From IMG/VR virus record IMGVR_UViG_3300001682_000650: a stretch of DNA of 20,000 bases, one strand, 5' to 3'. Positions within the stretch are counted from its first letter, which is position 1; every line of letters starts with the position of its first letter. Shown in pieces: positions 8,126 to 16,769 of the stretch. The stretch comes from an uncultured virus (IMG/VR IMGVR_UViG_3300001682_000650) (lineage: Duplodnaviria; Heunggongvirae; Uroviricota; Caudoviricetes). The notes beneath the pieces were generated by a model. It did not search any database, was not told the origin of the DNA, and was given only the letters and a program-made list of their open reading frames with translations. The position numbers and the translations under genes were made by a program.

Positions 8126-9886
8126 TTGATATACGCAGAGAAAGTAACTGTAGAAGGGCGTGACTGGATCAAGGTCTATTTTAAGCCTATTGCAGAGCTT
8201 GTGTATTCTATGAATAAAGTACCACAAGCTACTTTTAATCCTAAGTCACAGTTATGGGCTGTTCCTTACTGCAACAAAGAAGCTTTTGAGAACATAATGG
8301 GGGATCACCTAATTATATGGCATGGAGATCAAGCTACTCCAGGTGGTATTCAAGAAGAAACCATCCCCGCCACCCCACTCATAGATTACACATTTAAAAC
8401 AAAACCTTTTGACTACCAGATTCGTGCCTCAAACCTCATCTACCAAAGGAATTTTCTTATATTAGCAGATGAGATGGGTTTGGGGAAGACAAAGTGTACC
8501 ATAGATGGAATAGCTATGAAAAAGCAAGCCGGATTACTGAACCGTGGTTTAGTCATTTGCAAGGCTTCGCTTCTCTACAACTGGAAAGACGAGATTGAGA
8601 AACACTCAGATTTAAAGGCAGTTATTTTTACAGGTACTGCAAAGCAACGTCACGAGATAATGGATAAAATCTCACGCGATCCAGACTGTACTTTTATAAT
8701 CGTATCGTATGAAACATTCCGTATATGCGTAGCGAGTTTCGATGAGTTCGATACTAAGATTGGTTTAGATTTTATGGTCGTGGATGAAAGCCATCGTATA
8801 AAGAATCCTAATAGTCAAATTGGTGCTGCTGTGCATAGAATACCTATCAAGTATAAATATCTATTAACTGGAACCCCCCTCCCCAACACACCGCTCGAAG
8901 CTTTCAACTATCTTAAACTCGGCGGGAAAATAGACATGAATTGGTGGCAGTGTCGTAGACGTTATGCTATTTTTGGCGGTTATGCTGGAAAAGAAATCGT
9001 TGGCTATAAGAACATTAGGGAGTTAAAGGGACTACTACATGAGAACATGTTAAGAAGGTTGAAAAAGGACAAGTTAAAAGATCTACCAGATATCGTATAC
9101 ACAACAATACCTGTAATTATGACACCTGGGCAAGCAAAGCTATATGATGCTGTACGTAAAGAGATCATAGAAGACTTAAAAGAAACCTCTTTAGATAGTG
9201 TTCCTAATGCTCTTGCTAAGTTAATGCGATTGCAACAAATTACGGACGCACCAGCCCTCATCAATTCAAAGGAGAAGTCAATAAAGCTGTTGACACTTGA
9301 CGATATTCTTGAAGATTTAATAGACGATGGCGGGCATAAGGTTGTCGTATTCTCAAGGTTCAGGACAATGATCAACATTATGATGGAAAGGTACAAGAAG
9401 TATAATCCAGCGGTTATTCATGGTGACATTGACTCACAGGGTAAACCTGAACACCTTGCTGAAAAATACATCAGCGAACGGTATCCTTCTGTATCGGGCG
9501 AAGAACGAAAACGATTGATCAAAGAGTTTACTCTTTCAGACAGACAGAAAGAAGTAATCAGGTTTCAGAATGAGGATTCATGCAAACTGTTTCTTATGAC
9601 ACAGGCAGCACAGGAAGGTCTGACATTGACAGCTTCGAGCAGAATCATATGTGTTGACTCACTTTGGAGTCCTGCTTATATGAACCAGATTTACGCAAGA
9701 TTACATCGAATCGGACAAAAAGATTGTGTGAATGTGTACCATATCGTTTGCAAAAACACTATCGACGAGAAGGTTATGAAGGTGTTAGCGAAGAAAGACG
9801 AAATGGCACAAACGATTATAGACAACGGAGTTAAAGATATCGGGTCAAATAGAGCTAAGGAGTTCATAAGATCAATGATTGAGTAA
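8126..9886 (+). CDS. SNF2-family SF2 helicase/ATPase with a HARP-like N-terminus
   Basis: Motifs LADEMGLGKT (I), VVDESH (II), LLTGTP (III), VVFSRF (IV), EGLTLT (V) and ARLHRIGQ (VI). Confidence 0.93.
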   Translation: MIYAEKVTVEGRDWIKVYFKPIAELVYSMNKVPQATFNPKSQLWAVPYCNKEAFENIMGDHLIIWHGDQATPGGIQEETIPATPLIDYTFKTKPFDYQIRASNLIYQRNFLILADEMGLGKTKCTIDGIAMKKQAGLLNRGLVICKASLLYNWKDEIEKHSDLKAVIFTGTAKQRHEIMDKISRDPDCTFIIVSYETFRICVASFDEFDTKIGLDFMVVDESHRIKNPNSQIGAAVHRIPIKYKYLLTGTPLPNTPLEAFNYLKLGGKIDMNWWQCRRRYAIFGGYAGKEIVGYKNIRELKGLLHENMLRRLKKDKLKDLPDIVYTTIPVIMTPGQAKLYDAVRKEIIEDLKETSLDSVPNALAKLMRLQQITDAPALINSKEKSIKLLTLDDILEDLIDDGGHKVVVFSRFRTMINIMMERYKKYNPAVIHGDIDSQGKPEHLAEKYISERYPSVSGEERKRLIKEFTLSDRQKEVIRFQNEDSCKLFLMTQAAQEGLTLTASSRIICVDSLWSPAYMNQIYARLHRIGQKDCVNVYHIVCKNTIDEKVMKVLAKKDEMAQTIIDNGVKDIGSNRAKEFIRSMIE

Positions 9887-9907
9887 AGAGCTGAAAAGCT
9901 CTTTTTT
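9885..9907 (+). terminator. Intrinsic terminator
   Basis: AAAGAGCT-GAAA-AGCTCTTT followed by TTT, immediately after the helicase stop. Confidence 0.75.
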
Positions 9908-9926
9908 ATGGAAAGGGCGTGAGTTT

Positions 9927-10298
9927 ATGAGTTTTACTAAGTTCAACCAAAGTATTTTCAAAGATAATAATATACAATGGTTTGACAGAACAGGCGTACT
10001 CAAAATCGACAAAAATAGGCGAGCGGAGATTAGCCTTCGTACCAATGGTCTTGCAGATGTCTACAACAGCTACTTTGTAAAAATTATACATAAAGAAAAC
10101 GGACAGATTTCAGTAAAGAATTTTCTCTTTGACGATTATATGGATATTACAGCCAGTTCAAAACGACACAATCTTTACGTGGGCGGGTTTAGCGTCAACA
10201 TAGCCGATCGTGTTGACTGGTACATAGCAATACCATTAGAGAGTGAAATTAACAAATTAGTAAATTCAATAATGAGTTTCATAGAAATGTACCGATGA
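9927..10298 (+). CDS. Hypothetical protein
   Basis: ATG 9927 is preferred over TTG 9879, which would run through the terminator. Confidence 0.7.
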   Translation: MSFTKFNQSIFKDNNIQWFDRTGVLKIDKNRRAEISLRTNGLADVYNSYFVKIIHKENGQISVKNFLFDDYMDITASSKRHNLYVGGFSVNIADRVDWYIAIPLESEINKLVNSIMSFIEMYR

Positions 10299-10307
10299 GA
10301 GGAGTAT

Positions 10308-10808
10308 ATGGACAACATATTTTTTATTTCAGATCTGCACTTCAATCACACCAATATTATCAAATACTGCAACAGACCTTTCGAAAATACAACAGAAATG
10401 AACGAAACAATAATTAACAACTGGAATAACACAGTGTCTGAAGAAGATATGGTGTATGTTCTTGGAGATGTCGGCTTTTTCAATCCATTCATTCAAGAAG
10501 TCGCTAACAGATTCATAGGAAGATTGAATGGAAGAAAGTATCTAATATGCGGGAACCATGACAGGAGAAAGAAGCCCCAGTGGTGGGTGGAAGCTGGTTT
10601 CACCGAAGCCGTTAATCATCCAATTATACTTGAAGATAGATTTGTACTATCACACGAACCTATATCAAATGGATCTTTTGTAAAATACATCAACATCCAC
10701 GGGCATACTCATGATAAAAAACTAGACTCAAATTCCTACATCAATGTTTGTGTGGAGTGTATCGACTACACTCCTATTTCTTTACAGAAAATTTGGACGT
10801 TAATCTAA
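10308..10808 (+). CDS. Calcineurin-like metallophosphoesterase
   Basis: SDLH, LGD, GNHD, SHEP and HGHTH motifs. GAGGAG RBS. Confidence 0.92.
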   Translation: MDNIFFISDLHFNHTNIIKYCNRPFENTTEMNETIINNWNNTVSEEDMVYVLGDVGFFNPFIQEVANRFIGRLNGRKYLICGNHDRRKKPQWWVEAGFTEAVNHPIILEDRFVLSHEPISNGSFVKYINIHGHTHDKKLDSNSYINVCVECIDYTPISLQKIWTLI

Positions 10809-10828
10809 AACTATAGGATGGTGTTAAT

Positions 10829-10906
10829 ATGTTTTTAATTCTAATTGGTATTATCTTAGTTTACTGTTTTATTAAAGTAGGAAACGACAACTACAGATGG
10901 AAGTAA
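10829..10906 (+). CDS. Small membrane peptide (25 aa; not in ORF track)
   Basis: AGGATGG RBS. MFLILIGIILVYCFIKVGNDNYRWK* fills the intergenic gap. Confidence 0.5.
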   Translation: MFLILIGIILVYCFIKVGNDNYRWK

Positions 10907-10921
10907 AGGATGGTGTAAATT

Positions 10922-11545
10922 ATGTATCACTGGAAAGGTATCACTTTCGAGGACATAGAAGAAAACGATTGGGGCGGTTATTGGAGCGGTGTTTGTGATC
11001 AATGTATAAAAGAATATAAGATACCAAGTAAATATCTTGACGATGCGGGTTCCGGTTGTTGTATGGTGAACGGATGTCTTAATGAGGCTGATCACTACAT
11101 TGATTTTCCAAGTAACCCGATCAGTGACGAAGCCATTGAGCTATGGGAAGAGTTTGGGGATGTACCTATGAACCCTAACACAGAAGAGATCGAAGTAGAA
11201 TGGAGAGGATTTCCTGCCGGTACACATAGGGAAGAAATCTGGCACTGGTTTGAAGAACATTTCAATATCAGCATAGCGGATTTAATGTACCATGTGGTCG
11301 AAGAGGAAAACGAGAGTATTCACGGAAAACTACTTGAAATTAGGCTAAGTATAGAGTTAGAGGATGATGACACACCGTTTGGTGGTACGAGTCATAGTAA
11401 AGAAACGCTTGAGGAGTTCTTGCTGGAATGTAATATTCCTTTAAGTAAGGCGTTGACCGATACTGCTTATGTCAATAAGCAATTATGTCAATGTGGTATT
11501 AAACCAATTGATTTTGCTTCCTACGACTACCCCCACCAGACGTAA
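10922..11545 (+). CDS. Acidic, probably multi-module hypothetical protein
   Basis: Cys-containing N-terminal module, a central LWEEFGDVP...FPAGTHREEIWHWF module and a C-terminal CGIKPI module. Confidence 0.75.
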   Translation: MYHWKGITFEDIEENDWGGYWSGVCDQCIKEYKIPSKYLDDAGSGCCMVNGCLNEADHYIDFPSNPISDEAIELWEEFGDVPMNPNTEEIEVEWRGFPAGTHREEIWHWFEEHFNISIADLMYHVVEEENESIHGKLLEIRLSIELEDDDTPFGGTSHSKETLEEFLLECNIPLSKALTDTAYVNKQLCQCGIKPIDFASYDYPHQT

Positions 11546-11566
11546 AAACAGAAAGGAGTTTTGATT

Positions 11567-12511
11567 ATGGGGCATGAGATTGAAAGTTTATTCTATCACA
11601 GGGATCCGTGCTGGCATGGATTAGGGGTAAGATTAGAAAACCCGCCCACCTCAGAAGAAGCACTTGTGGCAGCAGGTCTTGACTGGAAAGTAATTCAGAA
11701 ACCGATATACACTACAAATGACGGTGTAAGTACACCAATCAGCGGATATAGGGCAAACATAAGGGACACTGACAATAAAGTACTTGGGATAGTTACAGAT
11801 AAGTATAAAATCGTTCAGAATGTTGAAGCATTTGAGTTTATTGATAACCTATTGGGTGAAGGCGTAAAATTCGAAACTGCCGGTAGTTTGTTTGGCGGTC
11901 AGAAAGTATGGATGCTTGCCATACTACCAAATAAGTATAAAGCACTTGGGGATGACATAGCCCCATACCTGTGCTTTACTAATAGTCACGATGGGAGCGG
12001 GGCTATACGTGTAATATTAACTCCCACCCGTGTCGTATGTAACAATACACTAAACATTGCTTTGAAAAACGCACAGAGGTCTTGGAACTGCGTGCACAAG
12101 GGAAACATCCAGGCAAAACTCGAAGAAGCCAGAAAGACATTGGTGCTTGCTGAAAACTACATGGAGAAGCTCTGTATGGAAGCTGAAAGACTTCATAGCA
12201 AAATGCTGTATAAGAACGACATTGAAGCATTTATCGAAGATCTGCTTCCTATCCCAGAAGACGCTGGGGAAATTAAAGAGAGAAATGTTATATTACTAAG
12301 AGAAAATCTCACGAACAGATTCTACCATGCACCTGACTTAAAATGGTTGGAGAACACTCCATGGAAAATGTTAAGTGCAGTATCAGATTTTGTTTGCCAC
12401 AATCCACCGCTTCGTATTTCTGAAACATATGTTGAAAATAACTTCGACCGTATTCTCTCCGGTCATGCACTGATTGACCAAGCTTATGATATTTTAAAAG
12501 ATTTTGCGTAA
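11567..12511 (+). CDS. DUF932/DUF945-family phage/plasmid protein
   Basis: PCWHGLG...AGLDW, YKIVQN, FETAGSL, NSHDGSG and RVVCNNTL signature motifs. AAGGAG RBS. Confidence 0.88.
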   Translation: MGHEIESLFYHRDPCWHGLGVRLENPPTSEEALVAAGLDWKVIQKPIYTTNDGVSTPISGYRANIRDTDNKVLGIVTDKYKIVQNVEAFEFIDNLLGEGVKFETAGSLFGGQKVWMLAILPNKYKALGDDIAPYLCFTNSHDGSGAIRVILTPTRVVCNNTLNIALKNAQRSWNCVHKGNIQAKLEEARKTLVLAENYMEKLCMEAERLHSKMLYKNDIEAFIEDLLPIPEDAGEIKERNVILLRENLTNRFYHAPDLKWLENTPWKMLSAVSDFVCHNPPLRISETYVENNFDRILSGHALIDQAYDILKDFA

Positions 12512-12525
12512 TAATTCACAGATTG

Positions 12526-12562
12526 CCCCCACCCACATTTTATGGGTGGGGTTTTTTATTTT
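12526..12562 (+). terminator. Intrinsic terminator
   Basis: CCCCACCCA...TGGGTGGGG stem followed by TTTTTTATTTT. Confidence 0.75.
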
Positions 12563-12577
12563 CAAGGAGTTGATGGT

Positions 12578-13207
12578 ATCTATACTACAGTATCGTATGA
12601 TCAAACAGAAATAATCGATGCTATATTACAGTTACATGTTCCTTTCAATAGGATAGATTGTGACCCTACATATTCAAAAGGTAACTTTTATAAAAATACT
12701 GGAATATTAGAGCCACAATATAAATTTGATATATCCCCACAAACTACTGACACAATTGAAGCAGACGCAAGGAATTTACCGCTTGACTCAAATTCAATAA
12801 ATTGTATAATGTTTGATCCTCCATTCCTTGCAACCACAGGCAAATCATTAAAAAATAACGACAATAGCAATAAGATTAATAAACGATTTGGCGTGTTCCC
12901 TTCTGAACCAGAATTGCACCAGTTTTATATTGACGCATTGAGGGAATTTTATAGAATACTAACCGATAAAGGAATACTTATCTTCAAATGTCAAGACAAA
13001 GTAAGTAGTGGGAAACAGTATATGAGCCATTGTTTCATATGGCAAGAAGCAATTAAAATAGGGTATTATCCAAAGGACTTATTCATATTGCTTGCTAAAA
13101 ACAGAATCATAGCCAATTGGCAACTAAGAAACCAAAAAAATGCAAGAAAATTTCATAGCTATTTCTGGGTTTTTGAAAAAAATAATAAAAGTATCCAGTA
13201 CGTGTAA
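12578..13207 (+). CDS. Orphan DNA amino-methyltransferase (m6A/m4C type)
   Basis: MFDPPF catalytic motif, DPTYSKG SAM-binding-like motif, DARNLPL and RILTDKGILIFKCQD. The start codon is uncertain (see findings). Confidence 0.8.
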   Translation: MYTTVSYDQTEIIDAILQLHVPFNRIDCDPTYSKGNFYKNTGILEPQYKFDISPQTTDTIEADARNLPLDSNSINCIMFDPPFLATTGKSLKNNDNSNKINKRFGVFPSEPELHQFYIDALREFYRILTDKGILIFKCQDKVSSGKQYMSHCFIWQEAIKIGYYPKDLFILLAKNRIIANWQLRNQKNARKFHSYFWVFEKNNKSIQYV

Positions 13208-13210
13208 GCA

Positions 13211-13242
13211 CTCCTCCCACTTGGGCGGGGGTTTTTATTTTT
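13211..13242 (+). terminator. Intrinsic terminator-like hairpin
   Basis: CTCCTCCCA-CT-TGGGCGGGGG followed by TTTTTATTTTT after the MTase stop. The stem is imperfect. Confidence 0.55.
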
Positions 13243-13257
13243 ATAGGAGTTGATTAA

Positions 13258-14109
13258 ATGCTTATCGATAAGGTCATTAGAGCAGTACCTGAATGGACTA
13301 ATATAGACATTAAAGACTTACATAAAAGAGGGATTAACATTGGAAACAGTCAGTTAAGAAAATATAAGAGAGACTTTATAAAAGACATGACAGGTATACT
13401 AAGAGAAGCCCCTGTTATTCTCGTAAGTGAAACTGAAGAAGGACCAGTTAATAAACCACTGACAGATCTGAGAACGATAAAATTGCCGTTTAAAAGTTTT
13501 TTTATCGAGGCAAGTATCGAACTGGAAAATACAAAAAAATCATTGGGTATTTTCTTTACTACTGACAACATCTCAAACGTAGACAATGTTGACTTTACGA
13601 TCTTTATCTTTTTAGACGCTTCTAAGTCTATTTCAGTATTTCTTAACAAGGAAAAACTGCCACGCATGTATATACTGTGCGACAAAGCATGTAAAAAGTT
13701 AAACGAAACCGGATTTATTGATCATGACGGTATAGGTAAAGTATGCTTAAAAACTGAACGAAATGCCTCTTGTGGAGCTTCCGTATGTAGTACTATCAGC
13801 ATTAAGCTTCTAATCGATATACTACACCGTTTTAATGATGATAGATATGAAACAGTGTATATCTCAGAGCCCACCTACCGGAAAAGTTTATCGTCTACTG
13901 GAAACAAGAGACCAAGCAGGAATATTATCCGACTATCAAAAATCAAGCGTGTATATAACTCTGGTGAACGTACTAGGACTCACGCTTCTCCGTCTCCTCA
14001 TCAACGGAGAGGTCATTATCGACATTATAAATCCGGTAAGGTTGTTTGGGTACGTCAAGCCAATGTGGGCGGGAAGAAACCAGAAAAACAGACCATATAT
14101 AAATTATAG
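13258..14109 (+). CDS. Hypothetical phage protein with a C-terminal HxRRGHxR basic motif
   Basis: AGGAG RBS. SPSPHQRRGHYRHYKSGKVVWVR near the C-terminus. Confidence 0.8.
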   Translation: MLIDKVIRAVPEWTNIDIKDLHKRGINIGNSQLRKYKRDFIKDMTGILREAPVILVSETEEGPVNKPLTDLRTIKLPFKSFFIEASIELENTKKSLGIFFTTDNISNVDNVDFTIFIFLDASKSISVFLNKEKLPRMYILCDKACKKLNETGFIDHDGIGKVCLKTERNASCGASVCSTISIKLLIDILHRFNDDRYETVYISEPTYRKSLSSTGNKRPSRNIIRLSKIKRVYNSGERTRTHASPSPHQRRGHYRHYKSGKVVWVRQANVGGKKPEKQTIYKL

Positions 14110-14116
14110 GATGAGT

Positions 14117-14240
14117 GTCAACTACCCACCACTTAGTCTTTAACAAGACTTGAAGTGGGGGCTTGTAGTTTAAGCCCAGTTGATTAGCCTAAGCCTATAA
14201 GTCAATTCATCCCCCACTTACATTTCATTAAGAAGTGAGG
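14117..14240 (+). mobile_element. Miniature internally deleted IscB-type element (copy B)
   Basis: GTCAACTACCC...GTTGATTAGCCTAAG (omega-RNA start) is joined to CAATTCATCCCCCACTTA...AGAAGTGAGG, which resembles the hairpin at the distal end of IscB elements. Confidence 0.65.
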
Positions 14241-14266
14241 CGTGGATGCGAAGGAGGGTGAGTAAT

Positions 14267-14551
14267 ATGAGGTTGAGTGACGATGAAATAAAACGGCACA
14301 GAGAGTATTATGAGGCAACAGGTTATCCTGTCTGTCCCCGTGATTACCTTGATACAATTGAAGCCTTGCAACAAGAAACTGAGAGGTTGAGGACAGTGTT
14401 TAAAAAAGCGAGGGAGGCGCTTGAGTTAATCTACGAAAAGCACTCAGATGTAACAATAAACCAACATAAATATCCTAATACATATTTGCTATGCAAGGAA
14501 ACTCTCGCTGAAATAGACAAAATGATTGGAAAAGCGAAGGATGAAGTGTAA
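14267..14551 (+). CDS. Hypothetical coiled-coil protein
   Basis: AAGGAGGG RBS before ATG 14267. Confidence 0.65.
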   Translation: MRLSDDEIKRHREYYEATGYPVCPRDYLDTIEALQQETERLRTVFKKAREALELIYEKHSDVTINQHKYPNTYLLCKETLAEIDKMIGKAKDEV

Positions 14552-14742
14552 CGTATGCGGTAAAGATTTGGCTTACATAGAATATGTACCTCGTTAATTA
14601 AAGGCGGTAAAAAATATTATTTATTTTGAAAGGATGGTGACAATGCCTCCAATGTTTAACCAAGATATTGTATATTTACGGATGTCGCCGTCGCCTCCGA
14701 TTATTACACAAACCGTAAATATTATGAGTTAAGAAAGGATGA

Positions 14743-14961
14743 ATGAAAATGGAATACATTGAAATGAAAAATTTATTAGAAGAACTCTGCACTACTCATG
14801 AAGATATGCAGATTATGTGGGATTTTTGTATTAACAATGGGCACCCACTTATTTGCCAATTAAATAGGTGCGGGAAATCGTGGACAGATTTGAATAGTAA
14901 TGCTTTGGCAACGCTTGAAAGAGAATACAACAAACTTAAAAGAACTGTGAACGCAAATTAA
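14743..14961 (+). CDS. Hypothetical protein (72 aa)
   Basis: GAAAGGA RBS. Confidence 0.65.
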   Translation: MKMEYIEMKNLLEELCTTHEDMQIMWDFCINNGHPLICQLNRCGKSWTDLNSNALATLEREYNKLKRTVNAN

Positions 14962-15070
14962 ACCAATCAAATTAAATCAATTACGGAGGGAGGAAATCAT
15001 GTCAGAGGCTTGTGCGTATTTGCATGGGGCGGTGAATGCATAAAACGGAATTGATGCAAAGGAGAAATAG

Positions 15071-15205
15071 ATGGACAGAATAAATAAGGTTGACAAAGTT
15101 ACGCTCAAAAAACTACAAGAAATATCAAAGACAATGGAAAAATCCACTATTAAGATTTATGAAGGATATGGAAAACAGTTATATACGACTGTGAAAACGC
15201 AATAG
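15071..15205 (+). CDS. Small hypothetical protein or gene fragment (44 aa)
   Basis: AAGGAG RBS. MDRINKVDKVTLKKLQ...KTQ*. Confidence 0.45.
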   Translation: MDRINKVDKVTLKKLQEISKTMEKSTIKIYEGYGKQLYTTVKTQ

Positions 15206-15247
15206 TTTAATCCGCATACTAAATCAAGAGCGAAGGAGGTGGACAGT

Positions 15248-15421
15248 ATGACGATTAAAAATCAACAACAGTTAAGAAACGAAACCAACATGTTAGATGG
15301 CAACGTGTCGAGAATGTGCCTGACAGACGATAAAAATGAGTTAAACAGCATGTTTGAATGGGCGTTACATAGATTAAACGAAATATACAAGTACAACCTT
15401 GATAGAATAGCAAAATCTTGA
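15248..15421 (+). CDS. Small hypothetical protein
   Basis: AAGGAGG before ATG 15248. Confidence 0.65.
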   Translation: MTIKNQQQLRNETNMLDGNVSRMCLTDDKNELNSMFEWALHRLNEIYKYNLDRIAKS

Positions 15422-15457
15422 GCTACACTATAGAGCACGGTAGAAAGTGAGGTAAAA

Positions 15458-15814
15458 ATGAGCTACGATATTAGTTTATTAGATCCTGTTACAAAAGAAA
15501 CCATAGAATTTGACGCCGCCCACCAAATTAGTGGCGGGAATTATGTTGTCGGAGGGACGAATCAAGCTTGGTTAAATATTACTTACAACTATAGTAAGTT
15601 CTACTACAACGTTTTTGGTGACAAGGGTATTCGAACAATATATGGCATGACTGGGGCTGAAAGCATACCGGTGTTAAAAGAAGCCATATCAAAACTTGGT
15701 GACGACACCAACCCAGACTACTGGAAACCTACTGAAGGAAACGCAAAGGAACCACTTCTCGGTTTGCTTGCTTTTGCACAGATGCGCCCTGATGGTATTT
15801 GGTACGGAGATTGA
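15458..15814 (+). CDS. Conserved-looking phage hypothetical (MSYDISL...LNITYNY)
   Basis: GAGGT RBS. Confidence 0.8.
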   Translation: MSYDISLLDPVTKETIEFDAAHQISGGNYVVGGTNQAWLNITYNYSKFYYNVFGDKGIRTIYGMTGAESIPVLKEAISKLGDDTNPDYWKPTEGNAKEPLLGLLAFAQMRPDGIWYGD

Positions 15815-15830
15815 GTGGGAGGCGGGATTT

Positions 15831-16106
15831 TTGGCGATCGATAAAGAAAATATGGAACAAGAAATAGAGCATAGACTTAAAAGACTCAAGGGCAAGTACA
15901 TTATAGCATGTGACAGAAAAGATGGAACAACACTGTATCTACAAGACAGAGCAATTTCAACAGGTGGGTACTGGACTATATTCATGAGCAACGCAAGAGT
16001 ATTTGAAAACCAAAATTTGGCACAGATTACACTTCAAAAATTCAATTTCACTAACAAGAGAATCCTCAAGGTCAGAAGAAATCTCGAAACAGAAATTGTT
16101 TCATAA
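15831..16106 (+). CDS. Hypothetical protein
   Basis: GGAGG before TTG 15831. The ORF-track start at 15696 overlaps the upstream gene. Confidence 0.65.
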   Translation: MAIDKENMEQEIEHRLKRLKGKYIIACDRKDGTTLYLQDRAISTGGYWTIFMSNARVFENQNLAQITLQKFNFTNKRILKVRRNLETEIVS

Positions 16107-16180
16107 AATTTCCAATTTAACTTTTTTCACTGTTCTACTGCATACAACAGTAGGAATAAATTTTTCTACGAAAGGAAGTT

Positions 16181-16600
16181 TTGGAAATGGATGTTTTTAA
16201 TACCCGAAGAGTAGATGATAACCTCATTCGTGAATATTTCAAACGGAATGAACGTAAAAAGTCAGATGAGGCGTGGTTAAAGTCAAAAGCCCCCGTCATC
16301 CGTGACGCTTTAAAAGACACGCCAAAGTCTGTTTTTGGTGACTTAATCGTTACTGTCTCCACACCTAACACAAGTAAGTTTAATCCAGATAAGCTTATGG
16401 AGTATCTTGAGACAAAGATAAAGCCCGTTAACGAAGAGCTTTATAACGGATGTACTAAACGTGTCGTTGATGAAGATGCACTTGCTACTTACATTGAGAG
16501 TGCTCAAATTGACATTGATGACTTGAAAGCACATGCATGGGAGGAATCCATTGGAACCCCACGAATTACAATATCGAGAAGGAAAAGCGAAGATGATTAA
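16181..16600 (+). CDS. Hypothetical phage protein (139 aa)
   Basis: AAAGGA RBS. Helical N-terminus and a ...VVDEDAL... C-terminal region. Confidence 0.75.
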   Translation: MEMDVFNTRRVDDNLIREYFKRNERKKSDEAWLKSKAPVIRDALKDTPKSVFGDLIVTVSTPNTSKFNPDKLMEYLETKIKPVNEELYNGCTKRVVDEDALATYIESAQIDIDDLKAHAWEESIGTPRITISRRKSEDD

Positions 16601-16769
16601 AGTAGGAAGTTCAGTTAGGGTATCAAATAATTCCGGAGCGTTTACTGGTAGAGATGGTGTCGTAGTAAGAATATCTGACAATTCACTTTTTCCTTATGTG
16701 GTTTGTATTGAAGGGTTAAACATGAGAATGTCGTTTTCAGAGGACGAGCTGATTGAAATACAAGATTAG
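16593..16769 (+). CDS. Small KOW/SH3-like protein
   Basis: KVGSSVRV...FTGRDGVV...FSEDEL pattern. Confidence 0.6.
   Translation: MIKVGSSVRVSNNSGAFTGRDGVVVRISDNSLFPYVVCIEGLNMRMSFSEDELIEIQD

Noticed and set aside
13835..16200. Alternative-frame + strand ORFs (13835-14143, 16003-16200; also 5642-5830)
   Set aside because: They overlap better-supported genes in another frame and lack an RBS.
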